A stretch of 64,000 nt of DNA from Bacteroidota bacterium (GCA_022709385.1 JAKLIX010000010.1:89529-153528), one strand, 5' to 3'; counted from the first letter of the stretch, positions 28,222 to 38,691 are shown. Numbers and translations: made by a program. The notes: generated by a model not told the origin, from the letters alone.

Positions 28222-29457
28222 ATGAAGCTGATTATAAGACTGTTTCTCTTTCTGCTTGCAGGATCCGTTCTTCTGCCTGCCTGCCGGAAAGACCATCCTG
28301 ATGAGGGCAGTGGTGAAATCACGATAGGGCTGTTGCTGCCGCTGAGCGGCGCCGGTTCTTCACCGGGTCTGGCAGTGCAAAAGGCTCTGGAGTTTGCCCT
28401 TGAAGACATCGCTGATTACCTGGCTGCCGCGGGCTCAGACTTGAAAGTCAATTTGAAACTCGCAGATACACAAACGGATACATTGAAGGCAAAACAGGTC
28501 ATTGAAGAAATGTACCATGAGGGAGTCCATGTTTTCATTGGTCCCCTTACCAGTGCGGAAGTCCGGGCTGTGAAACCATTTGCCGACATGCATGACGTGC
28601 TGGTGCTGAGCCCTGCCAGTGTCGCCATTTCTCTTGCCCAGGAAGCGGATCATGTATTCCGGCTGGTGCCCGACGACAACACCCAGGCCGTGGCCTTGGA
28701 TGCCTGGCTGGCGGCCGATACCGTTGAAGTCCTGCTTGCCATCGTACGCGATGATATCTGGGGAAGGGAATTGTATGCCGCCACCGCTGCACATTTTATA
28801 CAGCATGGTGGCATGGTGTTGCCCCCGGTATATTATGGTACGACGGAAACAGATTTCACGCAGGAGTTGCAAATGCTTGATAATCTGGCCAAACAGGCTG
28901 AAGCATCCTATCCCGGTAAAAAGACGGGGATCTACCTCTTGTCGTTCAACGAGGGCACCGCATTGCTGGAAACCGCTGCAATCAGCGGTAATTTCAGCCA
29001 TCTCCCGTGGTACGGCAGTTCCGGCTTTGCTGAAAATGCCAGTCTGCCCGGAAACTGGCAGGCAGCCGCATTCGCTGCCGGCCGGGGCATGCCCTGTCCC
29101 GTCTTCGGACTCGATGAAGCTGCAGCTGTCAAATGGGAACCCTTAACTGAGCGTTTACAACTCGCACTGGGGAGAAAACCGGAAGTCTATGCCCTGGTTG
29201 CTTATGATGCGTTATGGCTTGCGGTACTGACCTATCTGAGTACAGAAAAATTCACTGATATTCAGTCTTATATGGATATCTTCACACGGACTGCCGCAAA
29301 TTATTTTGGTGTAACGGGCTGGACCAGCCTGAATGAAGCCGGTGACCGGAAATACGCGGTTTATGATTTCTGGGGCATGCGTCTCTTTCTCAATGAATTC
29401 ACCTGGCGACGGATTGGTACCTACGATAACCTGACAGCAAAGCTGGAACGTTGGTAA
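28222..29457 (+). CDS. Type-1 periplasmic-binding-fold lipoprotein (Leu/Ile/Val-binding-like), with no transporter genes adjacent
   Basis: Lipobox LLPAC. ITIGLLLPLSGAGSSPGLAVQKALEFALEDI is the typical PBP1 N-terminal pattern. Confidence 0.6.
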   Translation: MKLIIRLFLFLLAGSVLLPACRKDHPDEGSGEITIGLLLPLSGAGSSPGLAVQKALEFALEDIADYLAAAGSDLKVNLKLADTQTDTLKAKQVIEEMYHEGVHVFIGPLTSAEVRAVKPFADMHDVLVLSPASVAISLAQEADHVFRLVPDDNTQAVALDAWLAADTVEVLLAIVRDDIWGRELYAATAAHFIQHGGMVLPPVYYGTTETDFTQELQMLDNLAKQAEASYPGKKTGIYLLSFNEGTALLETAAISGNFSHLPWYGSSGFAENASLPGNWQAAAFAAGRGMPCPVFGLDEAAAVKWEPLTERLQLALGRKPEVYALVAYDALWLAVLTYLSTEKFTDIQSYMDIFTRTAANYFGVTGWTSLNEAGDRKYAVYDFWGMRLFLNEFTWRRIGTYDNLTAKLERW

Positions 29458-29490
29458 TCCCGCTGTAATCCTTGATAGGGAGCTGGTTGT

Positions 29491-29910
29491 TCAGTCGGAA
29501 ATTTTTGGTCTGGCTCTCACAGGGATGGTCACCATCAGGTTCATTTTGATGATTACCCCGTTTTGGACAGAAGGGGCATACTTCAATTGCCTGAACAGCC
29601 TGACCACCTCCTCGTCCACACCAAAACCCACTCCGTCTATGACCACGATTTCACTGAGGCTGCTGTCGGGCATCACATCAAAGCTCACCATCACCTGGCC
29701 GTTCACCCTGTTGTCGATGGCTTCCTGGGAATAGTGAAGGCTGTCCCTGAAGTATTTCAGCAATGCACCCATCCCTGCGGGAAAACGGGCTTCTTCCTGA
29801 ACAACCACCGGCATATTCTGCGCATCATTATACTGTTTCCGTGTTTCCTGTGCGAGGGATGTCAATGACAAGAGCGCCGGCAGGAGAAACATATAAAATA
29901 CTGGTTTCAT
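29491..29910 (-). CDS. TonB C-terminal-domain protein
   Basis: MKPVFYMFLLPALLSLTSLA signal peptide. EARFPAGMGALLKYFRDSLHYSQEAIDNRVNGQVMVSFDV fits a TonB_C fold. ATG 29910 avoids overlap with rarA. Confidence 0.7.
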   Translation of the reverse strand: MKPVFYMFLLPALLSLTSLAQETRKQYNDAQNMPVVVQEEARFPAGMGALLKYFRDSLHYSQEAIDNRVNGQVMVSFDVMPDSSLSEIVVIDGVGFGVDEEVVRLFRQLKYAPSVQNGVIIKMNLMVTIPVRARPKISD

Positions 29911-29929
29911 GGGCGATCGTTTGTAAAAT

Positions 29930-31198
29930 TTAATAGCCATAACGGTTTTTCCAGCAATGTTTAAGGTATTTTCTGATCTCTTCTTCCCTCGGGTTCTGCT
30001 GGGGATTGTAAAACCTGTGACCCTGCAGTTTCCCGGGAAGGAAGTCCATCTCGGCAAAATTACCCGCGAAGTCATGAGCGTATCGGTAATCCTTCCCATA
30101 TGCCATTTGTTTCATCAGTTTGGTCGGTGCGTTACGGATTGGCAGCGGTACCGGCAGATCCCCGTATTCTTTCACGCTTTTCTGTGCTGCCCTGATGGCC
30201 TGGTAACAGGCGTTGCTTTTCGGGGATGAGGCCAGGTAAATGGCAGTCTGGGCAAGGATCAGATCGCATTCGGGGTATCCGATCGTATGAACGGCCTGAA
30301 AGCAGCTGTTTGCGAGCAACAGGGCGTTGGGATTGGCATTGCCGATATCTTCCGAAGCCAGGATCAGCATTCTCCGGGCGATGAAGAGCGGATCTTCGCC
30401 GGCTTCCACCATCCTGGCGAGCCAGTATACTGCGGCATTCGGGTCGCTGCCCCTCATGGATTTGATGAAGGCGCTGATCACATCGTAGTGCATTTCCCCG
30501 CCTTTGTCGTAGATGGCTAGGTTCTGCTGGATGGTGTCAAGCAGGATCTCATTGGTGATCTCAAGGGTCTCACTCCTGCCGGGCAGCACATTTACTGCCA
30601 GTTCCAGCGCATTCAGCAGTTTGCGTGCGTCTCCGCCGGATATTCTCAAAAAGGCTTCGGTTTCGCTGATGGTGATTTTGATGCCGAGCCGGGATTCGAG
30701 TTTCTGCCTGCCCTTTTCCAGCAGCACGAGCAGGTCTTTTTCTTCAAGGGGTTTGAGGATATACACCTGGCAACGGCTGAGCAGGGGAGCGATCACCTCG
30801 AAGGAAGGATTCTCGGTAGTGGCCCCGATCAGGGTCACGATTCCTTTCTCCACTGCTCCCAGCAGTGAATCCTGCTGCGATTTGCTGAAGCGGTGGATCT
30901 CATCGATGAACAGCAGGCCGGCTTTCGAACCTTTTCCGGAGGCCAGGATCACCTCCCTGACATCCTTCACACCGGCATTCACCGCGCTCAGGGTGTAAAA
31001 CGGTCTGTCTGTCTGCTGCGAGATGATGCTGGCCAGGGTCGTTTTGCCCACTCCGGGCGGACCCCAGAAGATCATCGACGGGATGTTGCCGGAGGCTATG
31101 GCTTTCCGCAGGATGGAATCCTGACCGGTCAGATGATCCTGGCCAAGGTAATCATCCAGGGTGGACGGTCTCAGTAATTCTGCCAGCGGTTGCTTCAC
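29930..31198 (-). CDS. rarA: Replication-associated recombination protein A (AAA+ ATPase)
   Basis: Walker A GPPGVGKTT, LFIDEIHRFSK, and the MgsA C-terminal region YDVISAFIKSMRGSDPNAAVYWLARM. Confidence 0.9.
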   Translation of the reverse strand: MKQPLAELLRPSTLDDYLGQDHLTGQDSILRKAIASGNIPSMIFWGPPGVGKTTLASIISQQTDRPFYTLSAVNAGVKDVREVILASGKGSKAGLLFIDEIHRFSKSQQDSLLGAVEKGIVTLIGATTENPSFEVIAPLLSRCQVYILKPLEEKDLLVLLEKGRQKLESRLGIKITISETEAFLRISGGDARKLLNALELAVNVLPGRSETLEITNEILLDTIQQNLAIYDKGGEMHYDVISAFIKSMRGSDPNAAVYWLARMVEAGEDPLFIARRMLILASEDIGNANPNALLLANSCFQAVHTIGYPECDLILAQTAIYLASSPKSNACYQAIRAAQKSVKEYGDLPVPLPIRNAPTKLMKQMAYGKDYRYAHDFAGNFAEMDFLPGKLQGHRFYNPQQNPREEEIRKYLKHCWKNRYGY

Positions 31199-31390
31199 AA
31201 TTTGTCGAAAGAGTCGCAGTAAAATTAGCCACTAAACCAATCAGGCTGCAAGGTTTTTTTTAGTTTTGCAGTTTCCGGAAAAACAGCCGGGCTGGAGGCA
31301 GTGCTGCGAACGGCGTCATTTTCAGTGCTTAGAAAGTCACTGTAATTCATAAAAAAAGTTAAAAAATCAAGATGGCAGCATATCTTGCTA

Positions 31391-31398
31391 TAAATTTG
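31391..31398 (+). promoter_or_regulatory. -7 box TAAATTTG
   Basis: Lies 28 nt upstream of the ATG at 31427. Confidence 0.35.
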
Positions 31399-31426
31399 CC
31401 TCAAAATTCTAAAACTAATCAAGATC

Positions 31427-31657
31427 ATGAAAAAAGTTGCCGCCGTATTATTTGTAGCCGGAATGTTCGCATTCTTCGCTTGTGGTCCCAGCGCTGAAGA
31501 AAAAGCCGCTATGGAAAAAGCAAAACAGGATTCTATCGCTGCCGTTCAGAAAGCCTATGACGATTCAGTCGCTATGGCTCTCGAGCAGGTAAGGCAGGAT
31601 TCCATCAGAATTGCTGATTCTATTGCCGCTGCTGCTGAAGCCGGAAAGAAAAAGTAA
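31427..31657 (+). CDS. Small helical lipoprotein (76 aa)
   Basis: Lipobox FFAC, an Ala/Lys/Glu-rich helix, its own promoter box and a downstream terminator. Confidence 0.5.
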   Translation: MKKVAAVLFVAGMFAFFACGPSAEEKAAMEKAKQDSIAAVQKAYDDSVAMALEQVRQDSIRIADSIAAAAEAGKKK

Positions 31658-31692
31658 TCCCCGACCTTGTTAAGGTTAATAGGTGGACTAAG

Positions 31693-31724
31693 AAAAGAGG
31701 AGTGGCAACACTCCTTTTTTTTTT
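31693..31724. terminator. Bidirectional terminator (small lipoprotein gene / uvrB)
   Basis: aaaagaggagtg-gcaa-cactcctttt hairpin followed by a T-run. It sits between convergent genes. Confidence 0.65.
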
Positions 31725-31742
31725 GTCTTTATTTCCGGACAA

Positions 31743-33773
31743 TCACTGATGTTCTTTTTCTTTCATCATCTGTTGCAGGGCTAACCATTCATCCCTAAGC
31801 CGGGCGGCTTCCAGAAAGTCCATGTCCTTCACTGCCGATTCCATGGCTTTTTCAGCCCGGGATACGGCTTTCTTTAATTCTCCGGCACTCATATACTGAT
31901 ACACAGGGTCAGCAGCAACGGACAGGGTATCCGTTTGTATATAAGGTCTGCTTCCTCTTGCCCCGGAATCGGCCACGGCTGTCTGACCCATGATGGCTTC
32001 CGTGGACTTCACAATCTGTGTCGGAATGATACCATGTGCTTCGTTATATTGCACTTGCTTCTGCCGTCTTCTCAGGGTTTCATCCAGGGTACGCTGCATG
32101 GAATCCGTGATGGTATCCGCATACATGATCACTTTGCTGTTGATGTTTCTGGCGGCTCTCCCGGCCGTTTGTGTCAGCGATCTTTCCGACCTGAGAAATC
32201 CTTCCTTGTCCGCATCCAGGATGGCCACCAGCGACACCTCGGGAAGGTCGAGCCCTTCCCTGAGCAGGTTGACGCCTATCAGCACATCAATCACTCCGAG
32301 CCTCAGGTCCCTCATGATCTCCACCCTTTCCAGCGTGTCCACGTCGGAATGTATGTATTTACAACGGATGTCCATACGGCTCATATACTTTGTCAGCTCT
32401 TCCGCCATCTTTTTTGTCAGGGTCGTTACCAGCACCCTTTCATTCCTCTGAACAACCTGGTTGATCTCATCCAGCAGGTCATCAATCTGGTCCTTGCTCG
32501 GCTTCACCACGATCTCAGGGTCGAGCAGGCCGGTGGGCCTGATAAGCTGCTCCACCACCACCCCTTCCGACTTCTGCAGTTCATAGTCGGCCGGTGTGGC
32601 GCTCACGTAAATCACCTGCTGCATCATGGATTCAAACTCGGGAAACTTCAGGGGACGGTTGTCCATGGCTGATGGCAGCCTGAATCCGTACTCCACCAGG
32701 TTCAGCTTGCGGCTCCTGTCTCCTCCGTACATGGCCCTCACCTGCGGAATGGTCACATGGCTTTCGTCCACCACCAGCAGAAAATCGTCAGGGAAATAAT
32801 CGATCAGGCAAAAGGGCCTGGAACCAGGATCCCTTCCGTCGAAATAGCGGGAGTAGTTTTCGATGCCCGGGCAATAACCCAGTTCCCTCAGCATCTCAAT
32901 ATCGAATGTTACCCTGTCTTCCAGCCTTTTGGCTTCCATTCCTTTCCCATTGTCATTGAAAAACTGGATCTGCCTGACCAGATCGTCCTGTATGTCACTG
33001 ATCGCCCTTTTCATGCTGTCCTGGGAGGTGACGAATATGTTGGCGGGGTAAACGGTCAGGCTTTCCATCCTGTCAATCTTCATCCCGCTCAGGGGATCGA
33101 AGCTTTCAATGCTTTCTACCTGGTCGTCAAAGAAGATAATACGGTAAGCCAGATCCAGATAAGCGGGGTATAAATCCACGGTATCCCCTTTCACCCGAAA
33201 CTTTCCCCGGCTAAACTCCACCTCGGTCCTGGAATAAAGGCTGTTTACCAGTTGATGGAGGAATTTTCTCATACCCGTCATTTCACCTTCAGCGATCCGG
33301 ATCACATTTTTATTGAAATCATCCGGGTTCCCGATGCCGTATATACATGAAACCGACGACACGATGATGACGTCCCTGCGCCCCGACAACAGGGCGGAAG
33401 ATGCCCTGAGCCGCAGCTTTTCAATCTCGTCGTTGATCGACAAATCCTTCTCGATATAGGTATTGGTTACGGGAATATAGGCTTCCGGCTGGTAATAATC
33501 GTAGTAGGAGACAAAGAATTCCACCGCATTTTCAGGAAAAAACTGCCTGAACTCCCCGTAGAGCTGTGCCGCGAGGGTTTTATTATGACTCAGCACCAGG
33601 GTGGGACGCTGCACGCGGTCGATGACATTGGCGATGGTAAAGGTCTTGCCCGATCCGGTAACACCCAGCAGGGTCTGGTGCCTGTCGCCGCGCAGCAAAC
33701 CTTCCGTCAGTTGCCGGATGGCTTCCGGTTGGTCCCCCGTGGGGGTGAACTCGCTGATGATCCTGAATCTCAC
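31743..33773 (-). CDS. uvrB: Excinuclease ABC subunit B
   Basis: GVTGSGKTFT, helicase motifs, and the C-terminal UVR domain ELKKAVSRAEKAMESAVKDMDFLEAARLRDE. Confidence 0.95.
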   Translation of the reverse strand: MRFRIISEFTPTGDQPEAIRQLTEGLLRGDRHQTLLGVTGSGKTFTIANVIDRVQRPTLVLSHNKTLAAQLYGEFRQFFPENAVEFFVSYYDYYQPEAYIPVTNTYIEKDLSINDEIEKLRLRASSALLSGRRDVIIVSSVSCIYGIGNPDDFNKNVIRIAEGEMTGMRKFLHQLVNSLYSRTEVEFSRGKFRVKGDTVDLYPAYLDLAYRIIFFDDQVESIESFDPLSGMKIDRMESLTVYPANIFVTSQDSMKRAISDIQDDLVRQIQFFNDNGKGMEAKRLEDRVTFDIEMLRELGYCPGIENYSRYFDGRDPGSRPFCLIDYFPDDFLLVVDESHVTIPQVRAMYGGDRSRKLNLVEYGFRLPSAMDNRPLKFPEFESMMQQVIYVSATPADYELQKSEGVVVEQLIRPTGLLDPEIVVKPSKDQIDDLLDEINQVVQRNERVLVTTLTKKMAEELTKYMSRMDIRCKYIHSDVDTLERVEIMRDLRLGVIDVLIGVNLLREGLDLPEVSLVAILDADKEGFLRSERSLTQTAGRAARNINSKVIMYADTITDSMQRTLDETLRRRQKQVQYNEAHGIIPTQIVKSTEAIMGQTAVADSGARGSRPYIQTDTLSVAADPVYQYMSAGELKKAVSRAEKAMESAVKDMDFLEAARLRDEWLALQQMMKEKEHQ

Positions 33774-34900
33774 CCCGGATGTTTTGTCTGAACCAGTTCA
33801 ACCATAACCGGATAGTGGTCTGAGTATTTCTTCCTGAAAGTTCTGTAAAGCGTGGCCTTCAGATTATCCGAGTACAATACATAATCGATCCTGAACGAAG
33901 GAAACAATCCTGCATAGGTTCGTCCCAGTCCCAAACCCGACTGTACAAATCCGTCTTTCAGCCCTTTTGACAGCTGATGATACGTATAGGACAGGGGCGT
34001 ATCGTTGAAATCCCCGCATACGATCACAGGGCAGGGCGATTGTGCTATATGGTCATGTACCTTGTCCACCTGGCGGCTCCTTTTACCATAGGCCCGGGTC
34101 AGCTTCTTAAACAGCCGGAATGATCCCCTGCCTACCTCCATCGGCTCTGCCGGATTGTTGGTGAGTTCTTCATAAAACTTGTAATCAGCCCTTGAAAAAC
34201 GAATCGATTCCAGGTGATTGTTGTATATGCGTATACGTTCACCCTGCCAGGTAATATCCGCAAAGATGGTAAAATTAGTGTGTCCCTGCCGGATGTGAAT
34301 GCTTCCGGTGTCTTTGATGGGATAGCGGCTGAAAATGGCCAGTCCGAAATGATTGCTGCTTTCCCGCAAAGGGACATATTTGGTGAAAACATAGGGCATG
34401 CCGAGGATCGTCTTCAGGCTGTCCAGTACCGGAAAACGCTCAGGATTGTCAAAAAATTCCTGGAAACAGATCACATCTGCACCGGCAGATTCAAGAAAGG
34501 CAAAAATATTGTTTCTGGTTTCCGTCTTCTTTATTTCTTCGTAATACCCGAATAAATGCACATTGTAACTGATCACCTTCAGTCCCGGGGCTTCTGTGGC
34601 GCTGCTTTCCGGTCTGAAATGGAACTGAAGATGGGTCATGATATGCCGCACACCCAGCAGGACGGCAAGCAGGGATATCAGAAAGATCCATTTTCCCCTT
34701 ACCAGCCACAGGATCACGAAAATGAGGTTGGCTGTCAGCAGGAAGGGATAGGTCAGACCCATCATCGCCAGATAGGGGAAACGGGCCGGTGATATGTAAG
34801 GAATAAGATAGGTAAGCAGTAACAGGAAAACAAGGATAATATTGATTATCAATAATATACGTGAAACGAATGAAACCTTTGCTTTGCGCTTCCCTTTCAT
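33770..34900 (-). CDS. Endonuclease/exonuclease/phosphatase-family protein with N-terminal TM helices
   Basis: Three or four N-terminal TM helices followed by EEP motifs (VISYNV, ICFQEF, GDFNDTP, SDHYPV). Confidence 0.75.
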   Translation of the reverse strand: MKGKRKAKVSFVSRILLIINIILVFLLLLTYLIPYISPARFPYLAMMGLTYPFLLTANLIFVILWLVRGKWIFLISLLAVLLGVRHIMTHLQFHFRPESSATEAPGLKVISYNVHLFGYYEEIKKTETRNNIFAFLESAGADVICFQEFFDNPERFPVLDSLKTILGMPYVFTKYVPLRESSNHFGLAIFSRYPIKDTGSIHIRQGHTNFTIFADITWQGERIRIYNNHLESIRFSRADYKFYEELTNNPAEPMEVGRGSFRLFKKLTRAYGKRSRQVDKVHDHIAQSPCPVIVCGDFNDTPLSYTYHQLSKGLKDGFVQSGLGLGRTYAGLFPSFRIDYVLYSDNLKATLYRTFRKKYSDHYPVMVELVQTKHPG

Positions 34901-34909
34901 ATCCGGGCT

Positions 34910-35839
34910 TTATTTTTTCCCTGCCTTGAACAGGATTTCTTTTTCTTCCCTGCTCAGTCCGTCGTATCCGTGTTTGGCGATCTTGTCCAGGATTGCATCG
35001 ATGATTTCCTGCTGGTCTCTTTTTCTGGCATTGTATTCTTCATCGGTCATGGGACGGGTATTGGTATATAAGCCCCGGAAGGCTTTTTTCCGCTTTTTCT
35101 TTGTGCTGAATTGAAAGATGCCGCTTTGTTTCCATCCCTTATTGAGCAGGAACCTGATATAGAGAAACCCCCAGGCGGCACCGCCGAGATGGGCGATATG
35201 ACCACCCGGATTGCTTCTGGAAATGCTGAGGATATCGACCAGGACAAAGGCAAGGGCAATGTATTTCAGCTTCACCCTTCCCAGCAGGAAAAGATTCACT
35301 TCCAGTCCGGGTGCATAGGTGGCGGCAGCGATGAGCACGGCCAGCACGGAGGCAGAAGCGCCGATGGCAAGGGCCTGGTCCACTGAATCACTGAATACAG
35401 GGAATACATTGTACGACAGGATAAAGAACACAGCACCCGTAAAGCCTCCCAGGATGTATGTCGACAGCATTTTCCGGGAGTTGAGCAGCTGCAGGAAGAT
35501 TTGTCCTCCGAAATAAAGGGTTATCATGTTGAACAGCAGGTGGAAAAAACCTTCATGCGTGAACATATAGGTAAAGATTCCCCATGGTCTGTATGCGAGT
35601 TCCGGCAGAGAAGCCGGCACCGACAGCCAGAAAGTGAGGGGGCTGATGCTGGTGAACACTGGTCCGGTCTGTACCTGGAACAGCCACAGGAACAGGTCCG
35701 CGATCCGGATCAGCAGGAAAACGGCGGCGTTGATGATGATCAGCCGCATCATCACCGATCCTTGTCTGAAAACAGAGGCGGGTGGATCTATCCGGAAATT
35801 GCCTGCGATCATTGGAAGTATTTTGGTTTTCTGTGCCAC
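34910..35839 (-). CDS. Rhomboid-family intramembrane protease-like protein
   Basis: HEGFFHLLFNM, GASASVLAV and HLGGAAWG motifs. An alternative ATG at 35812 forms an ATGA overlap with the upstream rhomboid stop. Confidence 0.7.
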   Translation of the reverse strand: MAQKTKILPMIAGNFRIDPPASVFRQGSVMMRLIIINAAVFLLIRIADLFLWLFQVQTGPVFTSISPLTFWLSVPASLPELAYRPWGIFTYMFTHEGFFHLLFNMITLYFGGQIFLQLLNSRKMLSTYILGGFTGAVFFILSYNVFPVFSDSVDQALAIGASASVLAVLIAAATYAPGLEVNLFLLGRVKLKYIALAFVLVDILSISRSNPGGHIAHLGGAAWGFLYIRFLLNKGWKQSGIFQFSTKKKRKKAFRGLYTNTRPMTDEEYNARKRDQQEIIDAILDKIAKHGYDGLSREEKEILFKAGKK

Positions 35840-36660
35840 AGCCGGATCAAAAAGAATCCGAAGACCATTCCCCCGAGGTGGGCGAAATGAGCCACATTGC
35901 TTCCTTCGTTGGTGATGCCTGCATAAAGTTCAAGAGCCCCGTAAATAATTACGAACCACTTGGCTTTAATCGGGAAGGCGAAGTATATGTAAATAAGGGA
36001 GTTGGGAAAAAGCATGCCGAAAGCCAGCAGGATCCCGAAAACAGCCCCCGATGCCCCGATCATAACAGGTGCATTTAAAAATTCTCTTTTATAATGGACC
36101 ATGAAATCCACAGCATTCTGAAGGGCCATGTCCGGATCGGTGCTGATCAGCTGGTTATATTGAGACAAAAAATTCTTGAGATAATCTCGAAGTTTATCTG
36201 GGACGATGGAATCCTGGGAGGAGTTCACGAAAGCATTGAAGCTGTCGGGATTGGGGTTTGCCAGGAATTGATTGATGGTTTGCAGGCTCGGTGCAAGATC
36301 CACGAAATACATGATGAGGTAATGACAGATGGCTGCGCCTACCCCGGTCACCAGGTAGTATATCAGGAATCGTTTGCCGCCCCAGACATGCTCCAGCGCG
36401 TTCCCGAACATCCATACTGCAAACATGTTAAATAAAATGTGTGTAAAGCCGCCATGCATAAACATGTAGGTGATGATCTGGTAAGGCTCGAAAGCGCTGG
36501 CGCCGAAATAATGAAGACCTAGAATTTTCACCAGGTCGATATTCATGCTTTTCCCCAGAGCAAGCGTGGCCAGGAAGAAGATTACGTTAATGATAAGGAT
36601 ATTCTTGACTACCGGGGGCAGGACACGGAAATGTTGCGGACTGTGTTGCTGGAATGACAT
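35809..36660 (-). CDS. Rhomboid-family intramembrane serine protease
   Basis: HGGFTHILFNM, GASGAVFG (catalytic Ser) and AHLGGMVFG (catalytic His). Confidence 0.8.
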   Translation of the reverse strand: MSFQQHSPQHFRVLPPVVKNILIINVIFFLATLALGKSMNIDLVKILGLHYFGASAFEPYQIITYMFMHGGFTHILFNMFAVWMFGNALEHVWGGKRFLIYYLVTGVGAAICHYLIMYFVDLAPSLQTINQFLANPNPDSFNAFVNSSQDSIVPDKLRDYLKNFLSQYNQLISTDPDMALQNAVDFMVHYKREFLNAPVMIGASGAVFGILLAFGMLFPNSLIYIYFAFPIKAKWFVIIYGALELYAGITNEGSNVAHFAHLGGMVFGFFLIRLWHRKPKYFQ

Positions 36661-36693
36661 CGGGAGGTATCGTATCAGTGAATAAGAATGGCG

Positions 36694-38529
36694 TTATTGT
36701 CTGGCTGTTTGTTTGAACCTGTTTTCAATCTCATCTGTGGTGATGATCACCAGTGTTTTTTTGCCGTCGGGAGTGAGTTCAGGTATTTTACAACTGAACA
36801 GGTCGTTGATCAGTTTGTTCATTTCCGCAGCCTGCAGGGGTTTATTGTTCCTGATCCCCAGGTTGCGTGCCAGGGAGGCGGCCATGCGCGTGGCTTTGTC
36901 CCACTGCAGCCCGCTGCCGATGGTTTTAAAGGAATCAACGATTTCTTCCAGGCTTTGTTGTAACATGCTTTCTTCCATACCTGTCGGGATACCTGACACC
37001 ACGAAGCTGTTTTCATGGTGCAGGGCTTCTTCAATGACAAATCCCATCTGCCTTAAATCAGGCAGCAGTTCTTTGAGCAATTTCGCATCAGGAAGGGGAA
37101 AGACACAGGTGGACGGAAAGAGCTCCTGCTGGGAGACCACTTCCTGCTTTTGCTGCAATTCGAGAAAACGTTCAAAAAGGATCCTTTCATGGGCTCGTTC
37201 CTGGTCCACGATCAGCATGCCCGACCTCACGGCTGCGATGATATACCTGTTTTTCAACTGAAACAGCTCTCGTGCTTCTTCTTCCCGGGATGGGATTTCA
37301 CCGGTTTCTGCCTGTGCTGACGCTGTTCGAAGTTGTTCTCCTTCGGTATTCAATACCTTCTCCCATGGCTGGGAACTTCCGGGATAAGGTCGGGTCCTGA
37401 GCGGATCGGACGGTTTTTGTGTCTGAAAAGGGTTATAATCCGGATTGATGGTGATCTTTGGCGGCACAATGGGCCGGTTCGGATCGCGACTGACCGGGTC
37501 AAGGCTGTTTTCCAGGTCAAAATCAAGGGAAGGGGTCAGGCTGAATTTACCGAGACTTTGACGGACTGATGCAAGAAGAATGGCGTATATTGCTTTCTCA
37601 TTCAGGAATTTAACTTCCGTTTTGGTCGGGTGGATGTTGACATCCAGGTCGGCAGGATCCAACTCAAAAAAGATGAAGTAGGCAGGAAAATGTTTTTCGG
37701 GAATCAATTGCCGGTAAGCGGTATCCACGGCATGATGAAAATAGGGATGCCTTATAAAGCGGCCGTTCACGAAAAAATATTGTTCGCCCCTTGTTTTTCT
37801 GGCATGTTGAGGCTTGCCCGCGAATCCCCTGATGTTTACCACAACGGTATCCTGCTCCACCGGTACAAGTTTTTCGTTCATATGGTTTCCGAAGATCTGG
37901 AGTATCCTTTGTCTGAGATTACCCGGAATCAGGTGATAGGTCTCTTTGCCGTTGAGAAAGAAGCTGAAAGCTGTTTCCGGATGGACAAGCGCCACACGGA
38001 AGAACTCTTCCATCATCTGATTGGTTTCCATTGTATCAGATTTGAGGAAGTTTCTTCTGGCCGGTACATTGAAAAACAAGTTTTTAACAGAGACGGAAGT
38101 ACCTGTCGGACAAGCTGTTGATTCCTGAGTCTTCACCTTTGATCCTTCTATCAGGATCAGATTACCCAGCTCGTCACTGCTTCTTCTGGTCTTCAGTTCT
38201 ACCTGCGCAACGGCAGCTATACTGGCTAAGGCCTCTCCCCTGAAGCCCATGGTTTTGATGGCAAACAGGTCATCGGCAGTACGCAGTTTGGAGGTGGCGT
38301 GTCTTTCAAAACACATGCGGGCATCATCGGGCGACATGCCGGAACCGTCATCAATCACCTGGATCAGCGCCTTCCCGGCATCCTTGATCAGGATTCTGAT
38401 GTTTTTCCCGCCGGCATCGATGGCATTCTCAAGGAGTTCCTTCACCACGGAGGCAGGCCTGAGGATCACCTCCCCGGCTGCAATCTGGTTGGCTACGTGT
38501 TCCGGCAGTAATTTGATGCTTTCAGGCAT
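36694..38529 (-). CDS. mutL: DNA mismatch repair protein MutL
   Basis: MPESIKLLPEHVANQIAAGEVILRPASVVKELLENAIDAG and GFRGEALASI. ATG 38529 is supported by a -7 box at 38582-38589 that lies inside the longer ORF. Confidence 0.9.
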   Translation of the reverse strand: MPESIKLLPEHVANQIAAGEVILRPASVVKELLENAIDAGGKNIRILIKDAGKALIQVIDDGSGMSPDDARMCFERHATSKLRTADDLFAIKTMGFRGEALASIAAVAQVELKTRRSSDELGNLILIEGSKVKTQESTACPTGTSVSVKNLFFNVPARRNFLKSDTMETNQMMEEFFRVALVHPETAFSFFLNGKETYHLIPGNLRQRILQIFGNHMNEKLVPVEQDTVVVNIRGFAGKPQHARKTRGEQYFFVNGRFIRHPYFHHAVDTAYRQLIPEKHFPAYFIFFELDPADLDVNIHPTKTEVKFLNEKAIYAILLASVRQSLGKFSLTPSLDFDLENSLDPVSRDPNRPIVPPKITINPDYNPFQTQKPSDPLRTRPYPGSSQPWEKVLNTEGEQLRTASAQAETGEIPSREEEARELFQLKNRYIIAAVRSGMLIVDQERAHERILFERFLELQQKQEVVSQQELFPSTCVFPLPDAKLLKELLPDLRQMGFVIEEALHHENSFVVSGIPTGMEESMLQQSLEEIVDSFKTIGSGLQWDKATRMAASLARNLGIRNNKPLQAAEMNKLINDLFSCKIPELTPDGKKTLVIITTDEIENRFKQTARQ

Positions 38530-38581
38530 GGAAACAGATTCCTTGTAAATGAAATGAGAGCCGGAAATGATATCCGGATTG

Positions 38582-38589
38582 CAAAGATA
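38582..38589 (-). promoter_or_regulatory. -7 box TATCTTTG for mutL
   Basis: caaagata on the plus strand, 52 nt upstream of ATG 38529. Confidence 0.4.
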
Positions 38590-38604
38590 TACGCATACTT
38601 GACA

Positions 38605-38691
38605 GGTTTGCGAATGCAAAGCTGTTTAGTAGGAGTAATACCGTACACCCCTGGATCGTAATTTTCTCCCAAACTCATTCCGTGTCGGTAT
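38605..38691. repeat. Inverted, partly degenerate copy of the MITE-like element at 20756-20857
   Basis: ggtttgcgaatgcaaagctgtttag...caaactcattccgtgtcggtat aligns to the reverse complement of 20756-20842. Confidence 0.5.
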
